From Sphagnum compactum (taxonomy: Eukaryota): DNA of 64,000 nt. Under the pieces are notes generated by a model that ran no database searches, had not been told where the DNA came from, and saw nothing but the letters and a program-made list of their open reading frames with translations. Below, one piece after another: positions 39,361 through 53,094 of this stretch; within the stretch, counting starts at the first letter, position 1; each line of letters opens with the position of its first letter. The DNA is taken from the NCBI GenBank assembly GCA_965153455.1, contig OZ234493.1:18156213-18220212 (forward strand), given 5' to 3'. The position numbers were made by a program, and so were the translations under genes.

Positions 39361-39607
39361 AATAGATTGATTTTATATGATTTTATGTTTTTTTTTTTTT
39401 AAGAGAAAAAAATAAAATTTGTTTTGTCAATGTGGAAACTGACCCCAGGTTATGGTATTTTTTACCTATAGGGTGGATTTGAGGTTCATCTTCAACTCAT
39501 CCTCGCGGGTGTGGGTTCACCCTGGTCATAGCCATGGACATTTTGTACTCATATTGCAGTGGCCCCTAGAATGCTGCCACAAAAGTTACTAGTTGTTTGG
39601 CCCAATT

Positions 39608-39631
39608 ACCCTAAACCCTAACCCTAAACCC
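39608..39631 (-). repeat. Short interstitial telomeric repeat
   Basis: ACCCTAAACCCTAACCCTAAACCC. Confidence 0.7.
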
Positions 39632-39959
39632 ATGACTGAAGACCCAATGAAAAACCCATGGTCAGTGCACTCATTAATTATGGGGTTCCTATTAAATTTT
39701 TTGGGGAGGTCTACAAAAAGGTCTTAAAATAAAACACGTGGTACAAGTAATGTGACACACCCTCTTTGTTATTTATTTATTAAATGAAATTCTGAGTAGG
39801 AAAATAATTTGTAAAACTCCAAATTCATGTTGAAAATTTTCAACTCTTTAAAAACAATTCAAAGCACCAATTTGAACAATCATATGGATATCACAATTTT
39901 TTTCTTTCATCCAATGAACAAGCCTGTGATGCTATGACAACAACTGAAATTATCTTCTC

Positions 39960-39990
<31 letters not shown>

Positions 39991-41330
39991 CCAAATCTCA
40001 TAGGCTAGGCACAAGCCTATTCCACAAATCTTTTTACACTAATTTCATAACCCCTATCTATATACAAACAATGTTTAAAATAACACTTTAGTGTAAGGAA
40101 AATGTTTCACACCTACAGGCTTTTACTCATAATAAAGCATGAGGCAAAAGTTATTGTGAACATAAACATACATAGATCAGGAGAGGTAGGAGGGGAAAGG
40201 TTCTTACACCTACTCCCTAAGAATGGGACGGGTCTTCCACCTACATGTAAGGGTGAGACTAATCCCACTCCTAAGATGCATGCTATCCCTCCTCTTGCTT
40301 ACAAGGCCTATTCAGGTCTCTTCCACATAGGCTCAGAAATTTTTCTCCCAATGCTTTAGCTCTTCATGATCATCAGAAGAAGCACCAATTATTAGTTCAT
40401 GCATTATTGTAGTGTAGAATACCAACCCTACATAACATTGCATAGCATTTTATGGAAGAGTGCTTGCCAATACTGGTTGGCCTGATGGATTGGAACCATT
40501 TTCATGAGCTTTTTATAAAAAATTAATAATAATAATAATCGATATGCTTTGCTTTTCAGAAGAATATTTCATTTGCACGCAGACCATGATGTAAGGATAA
40601 AATTTCTTCAACAAAAGTGGGTGGGGCCAAACTACATTGGCAATTACATAGCCAATTTTTAAAATATTTTGTGGGGGGTGGGGTGGTTGGGTAGGAAGAC
40701 TGTCTTTACTCCATGGGGGTTGGTGATTTTTTCCTAGGTTTGGTTTGCATAGTCTAAAAAACACCAAAAGCATTATATTGTTGAATTTATGTAAACATTA
40801 CATGCGGGGAATCAACAAAGGATGTAAATAAAAGCCAACCTTCATAGGCCCCGACTCCTTCTAGGCTACAAGTCCTTGTGAAACCGTTCCTAATCCCTGG
40901 GAAAAGCTTAACACAGCTTCTTATGATATAGTATTACTAAGATGTTTTCAAGCCTTTTCTATTCGCATTTGCCAACACATGTGGAGGACTTAAAAACTCT
41001 TTTATTGAATAGAAATCATCTTAGATATCAATATATAATATGTTTCAAATTCATTTATCTTACAATTTTATTGTAGTTCAGGCACTTTCTCAGACTGGAG
41101 GTTAGCACTTTCTAATAACTTTGTACAAAACCCTGACCTGCTAGTGTCAAGTGCGCCCAAGTATCTATGGCTGGTCTAGGATTCTGGCAGCCTCTGGCAA
41201 ATCAGCAAGTAAACAATATTCTTGTTTGCAGCTCAAGAAACCCCAATTCAGCTTGTTGGCCTTGGAAATCATCTCAGATGTGATGATCCGCTCTCAGTTA
41301 CCTTTCATGTACTAGCATATGAGTTTCAGG

Positions 41331-41452
41331 AACTCGCGCCCAAAGCTGCGCCACGACCGCCGCGCCCTCCTACTCATCGAGGCCTCTCGCTCGCCCCGAT
41401 GCCCGGGTGTAGGTCGCGCGCTTCAGCGCCATCCATTTTCGGGGCTAGTCGA

Positions 41453-41486
<34 letters not shown>

Positions 41487-41491
41487 ATTTC
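41331..41491 (-). rRNA. 25S/26S (LSU) rRNA fragment of ~160 bp; inserted and non-functional
   Basis: Reverse complement reads GAAATCCGCTAAGGAGTGTGTAACAACTCACCTGCCGAATCGACTAGCCCCGAAAATGGATGGCGCTGAAGCG...GATGAGTAGGAGGGCGCGGCGG, conserved eukaryotic LSU sequence; absent from the paralogous sites. Confidence 0.93.
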
Positions 41492-41668
41492 AAAGAGCAG
41501 GATTTGAACTCAGTTACGTAGTGCAGTGGGATTGTAATTTTTTTCCAGATGATGGTTTCAAGGACTTTCGCAGTTGATTGTTTTTTTTAAAATTCGGTTG
41601 AGCTTGTTGGAAATACAGAGTTGAGCATTATATCCAACTTTAATGCCAATTGTTCTTGCTAAATATCA

Positions 41669-43167
41669 ATGGCTTCTTCAACTGAATTGTATGAGATAAC
41701 AGTGGATATCATTCCAGATAACTCAAATACATCCTCACCAGTGAGCATCCCACAGGAAACACGCATGAATGGACTCCCATCACCAGGGAATAGCTTTCCT
41801 CCAAGATCAAATCAATCAACAGAAACTGGTAGGCTGCAATTCATCTACAATAAATGTGTTTGCAATTTCCTGTTTCTGTAAAAGCATAGAATCATGCTCC
41901 AACCTGCCTCACCTCAACCGCTGTTGAAATTATAGCTTTGGGGAATTCTTCCAGCCTCTCTTTTACTCTTCTTGTTTAGAAATCAAGTGGCAGGGCAGAA
42001 TCCTCTTGCCAAATCTATCCGATGAGCACTTTTGATGGCACTCTGCATTGGGTCATGTTCTCTTAGCACCAAGACTAAATGAGTAACATTCTATTTCTCT
42101 ATTCTAATATGTTGCGATTTTCCTTAATTCGTGGCACGGATGGATACCACCAGGGAGAAAGAAACACTTGACTAGTTCTGGATTTCAGTGCCGAGCATTT
42201 GAAATAGGGTGTTTTCTGAGAAATTAGACACGCACTTGCTTTCCAGCAATTTGTACATGACCATTTGGAATATGGTAATACAATATCATGCTGTCTTCAA
42301 TCTTGCCTGTGCAAATGCTTTATGATATGTGAGTCAGGTAAGAGTCAAATATTGGTATACTAGACATGTAATTTGGCCCTGGGGAGTAGGTACAGATTTG
42401 GTAACTTCTCAGAGATTGGAGGGCTGTGTCTTCTGTTTGTGTGGTGTACAGAAAATAATACAGATGCAAACTGGTACAAAAAGAGATCAACACTTTCAGA
42501 AATAGAGGAAGAACAGAGGGAAGACATGGAAACAGACCCAGTTTGGCAAACATTCAAGAGATTCTCCACGATATTTCGGGGCCCATACTACCAGCTGAGA
42601 GGATGGCCGTGCTACTTTGAAAACAAAGAAGCAGCTGGTCGTGGATTACAAGAAGGATTTCTCAACCTCTGGAGCACTTTCATTATTGCGGTGAGTGCAT
42701 CCTCAAAAATCAGAAGAGTTGCTGCAGTTGCATGTCATGATTCGTCTTTAGCAGAAAATATTGACTGGAAGAAAGGCGAAAGTGTAGAATTGTAAAGTGG
42801 CATTAAATCTGTTGACAAGCAAGTGAAACCCAATATCTCACTCCGAAAACTCTGTTGTTTTGTGCAGGAGACGCTTCTAGCTGGAATCGCAATCCAACCA
42901 TTTGTAAGCAATGCCCCAAATATGTCTGGTTGGCAATTAGAAGTATATGGAGGACTGTGGGCATTAGCTCTGCTGTTAGACTTCCTTGGGTTGGCAAGCA
43001 CTGCCCTTTTTCTAGCCGAATTGCTTAGCAACCCAAGCCATCTTGCTTGGGTCTGGGTGTGCAAAATTGGGCCATTGATTGGCATCCCTGCAATTCTGGT
43101 ACTGTTAGCCACAATATGGAGCCTTATTACCATAAGCTTCAGTTCGTGGGTGATTTATGGGCCTTGA
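41669..43167 (+). CDS. Unannotated small membrane protein, copy 1 (3 exons, 232 aa; premature TGA removes the 4th TM helix; possibly a young pseudogene)
   Basis: Exons 41669-41828, 42452-42690 and 42868-43167 with GTAGGC..TACAG and GTGAGT..TGCAG introns in consistent phase; paralog at 56197-57132 has CGA where this copy has TGA. Confidence 0.75.
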
Positions 43168-44899
43168 GTTGGAATAATTTGTACAGTTGTTGCAGTTCTT
43201 GTTGTTGTTGCTGGTGTGGCCATCGCTAATTCCTTTGCAAAGGCCTCAGGCAAAAGGGAGGTCTTGTTGAGGCATTACCATAGAAATTTTGAAATTTGAA
43301 TTGTTTACTTTCTCACCTATACAACCACATTGGAAGAATGAAGTATATTCATGGGCATGACTGAAATTATCACCAAAAGTTCAGGGTGTCCCGATGAGTG
43401 ACCAAACCTTGTATGACTAGTGCCTGGTGTGTGGTTACCGAATGGTAAGTGAGGCTACATGCAACAAATAAGTGTCCTTGTACGTCAAGTGATTTCACTG
43501 GATTCTAACTGAATTCACTGGTTATAGTGAATGGGACTAGTGAAAAAGTAGTAAATTCAGTTTAGTGAATAGAGACTAGTGAATTGCATGCACATTTTGT
43601 ACTAGTGCTGGTAACTACTCCGCATGAACAATTTTTAAGAAAATCAATAAATGGCTGTGTTCGTCTATGAATTGCTGGTAGGAAAATTTAAGGTCCTGGA
43701 GTGCAAATTTTGAAAAGGGATGTCACTTACCCCTGTTTGAGAGGCTACAACTTGCAAGTCTTAAATCTTAATTACCACTGCAGTTAGTCAAATCTACCAA
43801 ATGTAGGCAATCTAAGCCCCATTTCGTGTATTTGAAGATAAAAACTAATTCTCAAAAAAAATTAAAAAACCTAGAATGAAACATTGGAATATAATTGAAT
43901 GTGAAAGACATGGACCCAAATAAATAAAAATTAGGGTTGAAAGAAAATTCATTACAAGATGAGAAAAACCTTTCCAAAGGTAGTCTATATGGACAACTAT
44001 ACAAAAGTACTCTGGGTATAGATCCTTTTATTTGTGATCTTCACTTATACAGTCAGTCCTATATTCAAGCTTCTTGGCCAATATGAGAGGATCAATGAAA
44101 AGCTTTGAAAAAGAGTTTGGAAATTTTCATAAGTTGCTTAACAACCTGAAGGACCAAGCAATGCTTTTTTATCCCCAATACACATTGCTAAATTTGGTGT
44201 GAAATTACAAATTAATTGCAAGAAGCTCAATTTGACAAACATGGATTTTTGGTATATGAGTGGGTACACATGCCAACTTGCAGATTTTCTCTCTAAAGTT
44301 CTTTTGACAAGTTCATCAAGTTCAAAGCCACAGAAAACATGGCTATAATTCAAACACTAATGTTCCAACATTTGCTAGCATAAAGCTCCATGTGCAACCA
44401 ATCTGGATGTCTAGCTGCCATAATTGATCAGTTTTAGAAGAGACCCAACCAAAGGACACAAAACTGAACAGTTTTTATAAAACTGAACATCGACACGTGA
44501 GAAATATTTGTGCAGGGTCATATACTGAGCACTACTGGAGATGCTCTAAGCTAGTGGATCAGTAGATTTGTTCCAAAAAGCTGACCTGAGATGGAGTGGA
44601 AGGGAGGCTGCTTTACAAATATAGGGGAAATCAATTTATTCATTCCTTGAACAAAGCGACCCAGCTTGTAGAGTTCTTACTAGAGAAGTGAGGTAGTTCC
44701 AGTTACATCTTTGGTCTGAAGTTATATTCTGTAAGATCTGTAGCTTTCTGGTCTGCAAATGTTTAGACGGGACGCCAGGACAAGAGCTATGATCCTTCTT
44801 TAGTTGTGGTGTTGTGAAAACTAGTTCAGTTTTGTGTACCGGATTAAGTCTACTTACAATCTACTAGCATATGCTCTGAGTGAATTCTCCATAGCCCAA

Positions 44900-47800
44900 C
44901 AGTGATAGAAAGTTCATCGATAGATTTTGGTCATGTGATTTATAATGATTTATACTTTTAGTTCACATCAAGTTCAAGGCTCTGAAAGAGGGGAGTTGAA
45001 GAGAAGTTGGAATTGTGTTGTGTGCTGACTTGGGTGTTCAAATGAAGTTTGGATCGCATGAACATCCAAAATTTGTCAGGATAATTGTTCTTTGATTTAC
45101 TTCTGAAGATTCATCCGTCAGGAGTAAATAAATGGGTGTACAAAATTAGAGGCAATAAGTCAAACAGGAGATTGGTAGAGGCATCTTTGATGTGATGAAT
45201 TTTCTGAGGGGATCCAAGTTGGTGGGTGTAGAGAGAAATGGGTGTTATCGGTATACAAGTCGGTCTACTTGCTTATATGGACGAGACAAGTTTTGTTTTG
45301 AGTCCTCCCACCTAGCAATCACCAATTATGTGTCTCAAAAAGTGCATATGTCCCAAAAGGAGGGGCTTTTAAACGTGTGATTGCAAAGGAAATGGCATAA
45401 TCTCTTCATTTGTCAAGTCTAGTGGGATTATTGTTTGAATGAACTCAAACATGTCGAAGAAAAGGTGATGCACTGTTGGGGCATGTGAAGCTTGAAATTT
45501 TAATAAGTACCATGAAGGTGAAAGAGAGGTCCAATCGTGGTAGAGCCAGGGTCCAGTCTTCCTATTGTTACAATAGTGACACAAATGTTGTTGAATCATG
45601 CATTGAAATCTATAAAAATTGCCATCAACTACATTGTAGTTTAAATGTTCAATTGTTGCAAGTACAATGTTTTCTAGGCCAAGCCCTAGTGTCTCATTGT
45701 ACAAATCAAGATAAGCTTTTTATGAAACACATGGTTAGATGACCTTGAGAAAACCTTGATTCATGCAAAATTAATGTTGAACAAGTGCATTGGACAACAT
45801 CAAAATATTATTATATTTGGTAGAGGCATCAATTAGCCAAGGAAGTTTTGAATGTGATCAAAGGGATAAATGAATCCATTCATCAAGCTTCTCCTTTGGT
45901 TGGGTTGCATGTTGGCTTCCCAGTATTGCAAGAATTTTGAACAATAAATGACATGTTGATGGAGGAGTCACGAAATGCTAGTGACATTATTTCAATTCTT
46001 CAATTTCATCAAATGAAATAACATATGCAATTCAAGTTGCCTTTCATGACATGTCAAGTAACAAAGTCACATTTTGTGAACAAGGTCTTGTGAAAGAGGT
46101 TGACCCACAAACTTCATTCATTTAAGTACCATATGTTGATGTTATGCACACCTAAAAGATTGTGATGTAAACATTTACAAACAGAAATAATATTATAACA
46201 AATAAGGGATGTGCAATGTGTATTTTAATTTTTTTTAAGCAAAATATTTTATTGTAACCCTTGCACAATAGCCACAAAAAACCATTACTAATGACCCAAA
46301 AAAACAACGAACACAAAAAAAGGAAATGTAAAATAAACACATAGAAAAAATAAACATCATTATAAAAAATAGAATAAACAATAAGAAATGACAAAAACCA
46401 AAGGAACTTGGAAATACAACACACTAAATTAATACATTATTAAAATAACACATTAAAAAAAGATATGGATAAAAAAGGAACAAAACAACAATAAATTTTT
46501 TTTAACATAAATTTAAATTTAAAAAAAACCCATAGCTTTTTGCATTGCGATGGCTTAAAATTTTCATTGGACCATATTCTATTGGTATTGAATTTTGACA
46601 ATGCCTTACCCAGTCTTATTAGCAATTCATTTACCTTTTATGGTTGGGATATCATTTGCAAACTTCTTGTTTAGTTTCCTAAAAGTGTTCCTACCTACAT
46701 GTGTTTTCATGAACCAAGTATGTTTTGTAACCTTAAAGTCTTTGACCTTGGGCATCAAAACAAATGGATGAGGTAAAGACGCATCATCAAATGAGGCTGA
46801 TGAAAAATCATAAGTTTATACATTTCAATTATGTTTGTAATGTTTTAGTTAATTGTTGGCTGATGGTGTTCCACATCACAATGATCAACATCAAACTTCC
46901 AACTTTTTTACTAGCCTTGTTAGTACCTACAAAAAAGAACATAAAACAAAACAAATCTAAACATCTTACAAGGAAAAAATAAAATCAACATTCAAAATAA
47001 AAGATCTTTATTTGAATATAGAACACATTACTTCAAAAATGGACCAAATTCATCCTCATGTAGGGATAAGTCCATATTGTTGACCCTCTTTGATTCTTGG
47101 GCTCCATGGATAACAAAATTCCATGTATAGTAATAGCCAAATTGAAGGTTGACACCTCAAGGTGAGGTTAATTGACATTTTTTTTGACTTAACATAAACT
47201 TCTCTTCCAAAAAAGAAAAAAATCTAATTGTGTGATACCTCTCCCAAGGCCAAAAACCATAGATTTGTTAATGGCTTCATTTACAACCAATTTCATTCTT
47301 TCAAAGGCATCATTAATGCATATATGTTGTATTTTAAACTTGACTTACTAATTTCTACATCTTGTGCAACCTCTCTTGATCATATCACTTTACCAAGTGC
47401 CTAAAATAGACTAGTTATATTGTAAAGAACCACAAAAATAACACCATCAAAAAAATTTAAAACTTTATTCAAATAAAAAAACCAACAAATGAAATAAATA
47501 TAGGAGTAGGAAGAAAACTTAGTAGGGGGATAAAACTCCCCATTTTTTTCATTACTTGCAACAAAAACTTTGAAAGGTAATTAACAAGTAGTTTAGGTTC
47601 AGAAGTGTGTAATTCCATAATCAACAGTGAGTTATCCAACTTCTTATAGTTTATGCCATGCATCGAATGTGTTAACTACCCAAATTTTGAAATGAATATT
47701 GTGTTGATGTCCACTGACCATCACATTCTTCAACTCTTGAGGATTGAGATCCTTGAAACAATGGTTAATATTTTCATCATGGTCACCATTGATATCAAGA

Positions 47801-50800
47801 TTCAATTCCTCATCACCATCCTTTCCATAAGTACAAGGAGCAACGTAACTTCGTTAACAAGCAAGTTGAATAGAACTTTCTATATTTCATAAATGCCTTT
47901 AGAAAGAATTTCTTCTCCACAAGCACTATTCAGGTCTTCTACATCTTCATCAACAACAACTTTATTTGCATTGGAAACAAACAAACAAGTTACAAAATCC
48001 ATTAAACCCAACTACAATAGAAACTAATCAAAATCATAGGATCATTGCTTACAAAACATGAAAAACACAAGCCAAGGGTAAAGAAACAGAAATAAATAAT
48101 TAGTTTGAAAAGAAAAATGTAAATGGACAAAGGATAGAACGAGAATAGTTTTAATTCTAGGACTAGAAAACTTTCAAAGAAAATTAAACAAAAATCACAC
48201 AAGTTGGCAATTGGTTGGTTGATTCCAAAGACTGTGATCTTGTTACTACAACATGAACTAATGATGTAATAATATGTTTCTTAATTTATTTTGAGATGTA
48301 CAGAAGTGATTTGAAAACACCATCGCCAACAACCGCATGAAAAAAAGTGAAAATCCACCAACCATGTGAATATCCAAAATTGTGTTGAAAAGAAACCAAT
48401 CAATAGGGGGTTGATGAAAATGCAAAGTGATAAACAATAAAAAAAATATTAACAAAGGAAGAAAAAGCAAAGAAAAAAATACAATGTATATGAAAAAAAT
48501 ATGCAACAACAATAATAGAATAGGAGAGTGGCAATGAGATCAACATATCTCCATGATGCATTCAACACAATAAAAAAATCCACAAAGTTTGTAAGAGACA
48601 ATGACTTTGCCATGACAAAAACAATGGCATAGTTTATGAGAAAACCACTTTCAATACCAAAAACAAATTCACATAGCTTTGCAAAATATAACCCCTTCCA
48701 TGCCACAAAAATAAATTGTAGCCTCCATTCGGAGAACGCCTTCAACATGGCACAAAAAAATAATGCAAAGCTTCACAAAATTGGATGCCTTTGACAAGGC
48801 CAAGAAAAACAAAACTCAATTGAGAGCTATAGCCAACAATGCGGTGCAAAAAAAAAGAAGAGCTTGATCAAACATTGGTTCATATAGGTATCATAACGCA
48901 TATTTGATGTCCAACATGATTTGCATTTCAACCATTGATGGAGGAGAAACCTAAATCATGACTGTCCATAGCAATGGTCGTTGGGTCACTTGTTGATTGG
49001 TTGCTTTAGAATTACCTTGATTCACATCTCGACCATAGATTATATGTCAATGTCATTTCCACCATACCCTTTTCTTGTTAGTGAGATCTAATAATCAACA
49101 TTGTCAAAATTAGGTCCCACAAATTGACCATTGGATGTTAAACTGAGAAAATCTTAACCATTTAATCCAGTTAATATACAACTAAATAGTTATTTGCTAT
49201 TAATTCATCCCATTTTGGATGATAAATGACATCTTCATCCAACCAATTTTCATCTATGAAAAATGGCCTTCGACATTTTTAAATTTCAATCATTGATGCT
49301 CATGGATTTCAACCATCCATTATAGGTCATTATATGTTTTAAAGTTAATGATATTTGCATTGTAGGATCTTGGTTGGGGAAATCCCAAAGGTACATCATT
49401 GATTGGTAGGATCTAGATTGTATGTTAAAGTCAATGCATTATCCATCATCGATTGTTTATCATTGGTCACACATTTGTGACCATTGGATTAAAGAGCTAA
49501 ATAATCGTAACCGTTAAATCTAGGATATAAGATATAGGCCTATCTCTAGGGTAGGGTAGAATTGAATTCGCTATAAAGTGATATATTTATTAAGTCGGGA
49601 TGAAAACATATTTGTTCCATCTAACAACTTTTCATCTAGTTTCAATTGCATTCATTCACTTTTATTTGTAATTGTTGATTTGGATTGATTTGAGCCATTC
49701 AATTTAAATTTTCTTTAAGTCGTATCATGGCTTGATCATTGTTGTTCATCTTAAAATACAATGACAACATTGTGCCCATTTGTTTTATCATAAATTTTGT
49801 TTTTTGAAATTTTCATTCCTTTTTGTTAGTTGCTTGTGGGAACATTGTTGAATCATTTGCATAGAATGTGCCTTTTCATTCCTCTTTATTTGTTACTTTC
49901 AAATCCAGTGTTGGATTGTTTGCACAAAAATGTGTGTTATGTTTATGGAAGTTAGTAGTTGTTTTCTATTGCAAATCTCTACACTCAAAGAAGCAATGTG
50001 CTAGAACATTTGGATTGAAAGGACATTAATAAAGTACACTCCAAGAACTTTGAGCTTGTAAGCAAGTTTAGGTTTGAAGCTTTGAAATCTTGGTGAGTAG
50101 AAAACCATGAAGTAATTTCAACAATGTATTGCCCATTATAATTTCTTTCGATATGTTTTGTGAAATGTTTTACATTGCATTGTTGTTGTAGTTATTCAAA
50201 TGTTTAACTATATTTTTTATTTGGCTATGCAAGTATAGGAAGACACTAACAAGATAAGTTAATATACTTATGAAGATTTTGCTTGGAGTGTTGAATCGGG
50301 AATATGCTAACATGGTACTAATGGTGCTCACTGGTCATTAAAGATTTGTTATGTTATATGTTGGTAATGAAAATCTAGTTGCATGTTTCATTTGTGTACA
50401 ATTCTTGTTAATGATATCATTTGTTGATTCATTGGTTGTATAATCATTTGAAATGGCATTGAAAATCATACATATATGGTCATGATTTAATCATGTGTTT
50501 ATTTTATGTTACTAAAATTTGTCCAATGTTACATTGTAGATTAAACCACCTTTACAAATGCTTAGCTATTATGATAATGTGTTGAAATTTGTGAAAAATG
50601 GTAACATGACACTAAAAATGATTATTGGTGGTGCAATTGATTTATTCATGGAAGGAAAATTGACAAGGGAAGAAGAATGCATTGCTATGATCTTCCCTTT
50701 GTGACAAACTATTGTTGTGATAATTATGATCAAGGTTTCATCAAGGATGAGAGTGTCTTGGAATCTTGTATTGTTTGAACCAATAAAGAAAACTACAAAA

Positions 50801-52100
50801 GTTTCTTGTTTTTCCCACATAATTTTAATGACTACCATGTGACTTATTCATGTACATTGTGAAGAGAACATCAATTTGTTCAATATGTGAAACATGAAGA
50901 CATAATTCAAGTTTATGCACATGTTAACCATGAAAATTTAATATTAAACTTGAAACCGGGGGCATGAGTGTGGTATATAAAACAATAGAGGACATCCATG
51001 TGAGTGTCACTATGGGCATGGAAATCCAAAGCAACTATGGGCGTATCATCCAAGGAACTAAAAACAAGTGAATTGGTGTTGGTGGACAATCCACACATTT
51101 TCGACAATCTTACCACTTTGGACATAAAATATTTCATGACCACAACCCCCCAAATAAGTACCACAACAGAACCAAAAATGTCTTATGACATTTTTTATGT
51201 TTTAAGTTTTTGTTATTTAAAAAGGCTTTTGCAAATGTCCCTTCTAGTTGGTGCATGCTCATGGTCACATGTTATGCACATGGCATTAAAAAGACATTTT
51301 TGATGTATGGAGAGGCATTGTTGGCTGGGATATCATGTTCAAGGTATAGTTATAGGCACAAGATCCTTGTTAAGGTTGTTGGAAAATTTTAACTCAATAT
51401 CCCTTGGTGGAAATTTGTTCCATGTTTTTGTGAAACAATGAAACAAAAATATTTGTTAAAAGGTAAGTTCATGTAGTTTCAACTTTACTACATAAAATGC
51501 CAAATGAAATTGATTGATTTATGCAACAATTCATTTAGCATGCCAACTAAATGAAATGTATTATATATTTGAATGAAATAAAAAATGAATTCATTTTCTA
51601 AAAATTATAGATAATGTGATTTCAACTAATGTTCATTGATTTCAGGTTGTTACTTATGATGAGGTCTAAAAGTCGAACTTGACATGTCTAGATGCGGCAA
51701 GACCCTTTAAATTATATGATCCACCAGGGGTCAATGAATTTCTAAAAGACCTAGACTTGACCTTAAAACCAACTTGGGGGATTTAGGAATTTTATACAAG
51801 GTCCAAGTCATAGGTTTATATAGAATGCAGGGTTGTAATTTAAGATATAGTTTAGGTTTCCTAAGTTTTTAGGTTGATATTGCAATTTGATTGCGAGTTA
51901 ATAATGTGTTCCTTTGGATGGTTTTTTCCCTTAACAAAAAAACCTAGTAATGTGGTATTTAGAGGACTATTAACAACATAAAGCTCTTTAATAGTGAATC
52001 ATTTTCTTTCCTCTCCCCTCATATATTAATAATTGACTACTTTGGATCATATGGATGGTTGTGGGAAATGATCATTAAATTTTGTTTTAATGTGTTTCAT
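44900..52100. mobile_element. Large, highly decayed transposon-derived region (family not assignable)
   Basis: Stop-riddled coding-like tracts at ~45200-46130, 47640-48800 and 50540-51460; partly duplicated at 60060-62610; no diagnostic motif recognised. Confidence 0.35.
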
Positions 52101-53094
52101 TTTAAAGTCAAGAAGATCCTCAAGAGAGCAAAATTGTATAATTCAACTTTGGTTGCCATAATTCATCCCTTTTATTCCAAATTGTGACCTAGGCCTCTAG
52201 TTTCAAGTCAAGGTTTAGTCACAACCAACAAGGTTTATCTTGGACAAGTTACCACCCACTGAACCACAAACATTCAATTGTTCAAAATATGTTTGCACTT
52301 AACAAGTAGATTTTTACTAAGGATTTGATGTTAACCTTGTGTCATGCAACCAACCTTCAAGTTGACCCCAAAATCATATCCACGTTTAAGCATAAACAAG
52401 GTCCATGTTGAACCTAGAACCACAAGTTTTTATAAAGGTTGGACCGAAAGTAAAAACATTTTTTTTATTAAATGAAAAAAATGTCAGTAAATATAAAATG
52501 TTTTCTTTGCTGGTTGTGAGGTAAGCATTATAATCCAATTAAATTTATAATAGGATCATGAACTTATTCGCAAAATCAAGATATATGGTATGCATGCATA
52601 GGGTATGCATTAATCCAAAGTATTAAAAAAATGAAAAAAAATCTACAAAGGACTTAGGTATTAATTCTTAATAGGTTCAATCAATTTTGTTATAAGTTTG
52701 AAACTTTAGAAAAGACCTTAATGATTCTTAAATTTTTTAATATGATTTCAAATTTGATGGAAATGCATCAAAGTAGTGTCATGAAGGGGGCTATGGAAGT
52801 TTGTTGAATGATCTATTAAATCATTTTTTAAATCATTTTTAATCATCAAGTTAGGTCATCTTTATGATTTTTAAAATCTTCAATGGTCATTTGCATGGTA
52901 TAAATGAATATGGGGACAAATTATGAATCCTACTAACATCATTCCCCATGGCTTCAATTTTTTCAATTGCAACATAATTATTTTACCAAAATTCAATATA
53001 AATAATTTAATTTAATTTAAAGTGGATTAAATACATGCAAAGGAGCTTGTTAGTTGATAATTATTATTATTTCATATATATCAAATTGTGAATC

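Larger units (their letters stand above)
41130..50390 (+). repeat. Segmental duplication C, copy 1 (4-TM gene plus downstream TE relics)
   Basis: Colinear with ~55780-62610; ~46276-49252 is absent from copy 2 (junction at ~61440). Confidence 0.88.

Noticed and set aside
39608-39631. Chromosome-fusion or healing scar
   Set aside because: Only ~3 telomere units inside a small repeat-like insert; similar short motifs occur at 5760, 12015 and 63308
41331-41491. Functional rDNA locus or contamination
   Set aside because: Only 160 bp, embedded in sequence colinear with paralogous blocks on both sides
42793-42795. In-frame TAA shared by both 4-TM paralogs (also 56653-56655), suggesting stop-codon readthrough or RNA editing between two in-frame ORFs
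   Set aside because: It lies inside a 177-nt phase-0 intron (GTGAGT...TTTTGTGCAG) whose removal joins the frames
42735-43133. 132-aa antisense ORF present in both paralogs (also 56595-56993)
   Set aside because: Shadow of the sense CDS; no independent evidence of coding
43165-43170. Programmed TGA readthrough or selenocysteine in copy 1
   Set aside because: The context TGA-GTT is not a known leaky motif, land plants lack Sec machinery, and CpG decay from CGA plus a downstream frameshift explains it
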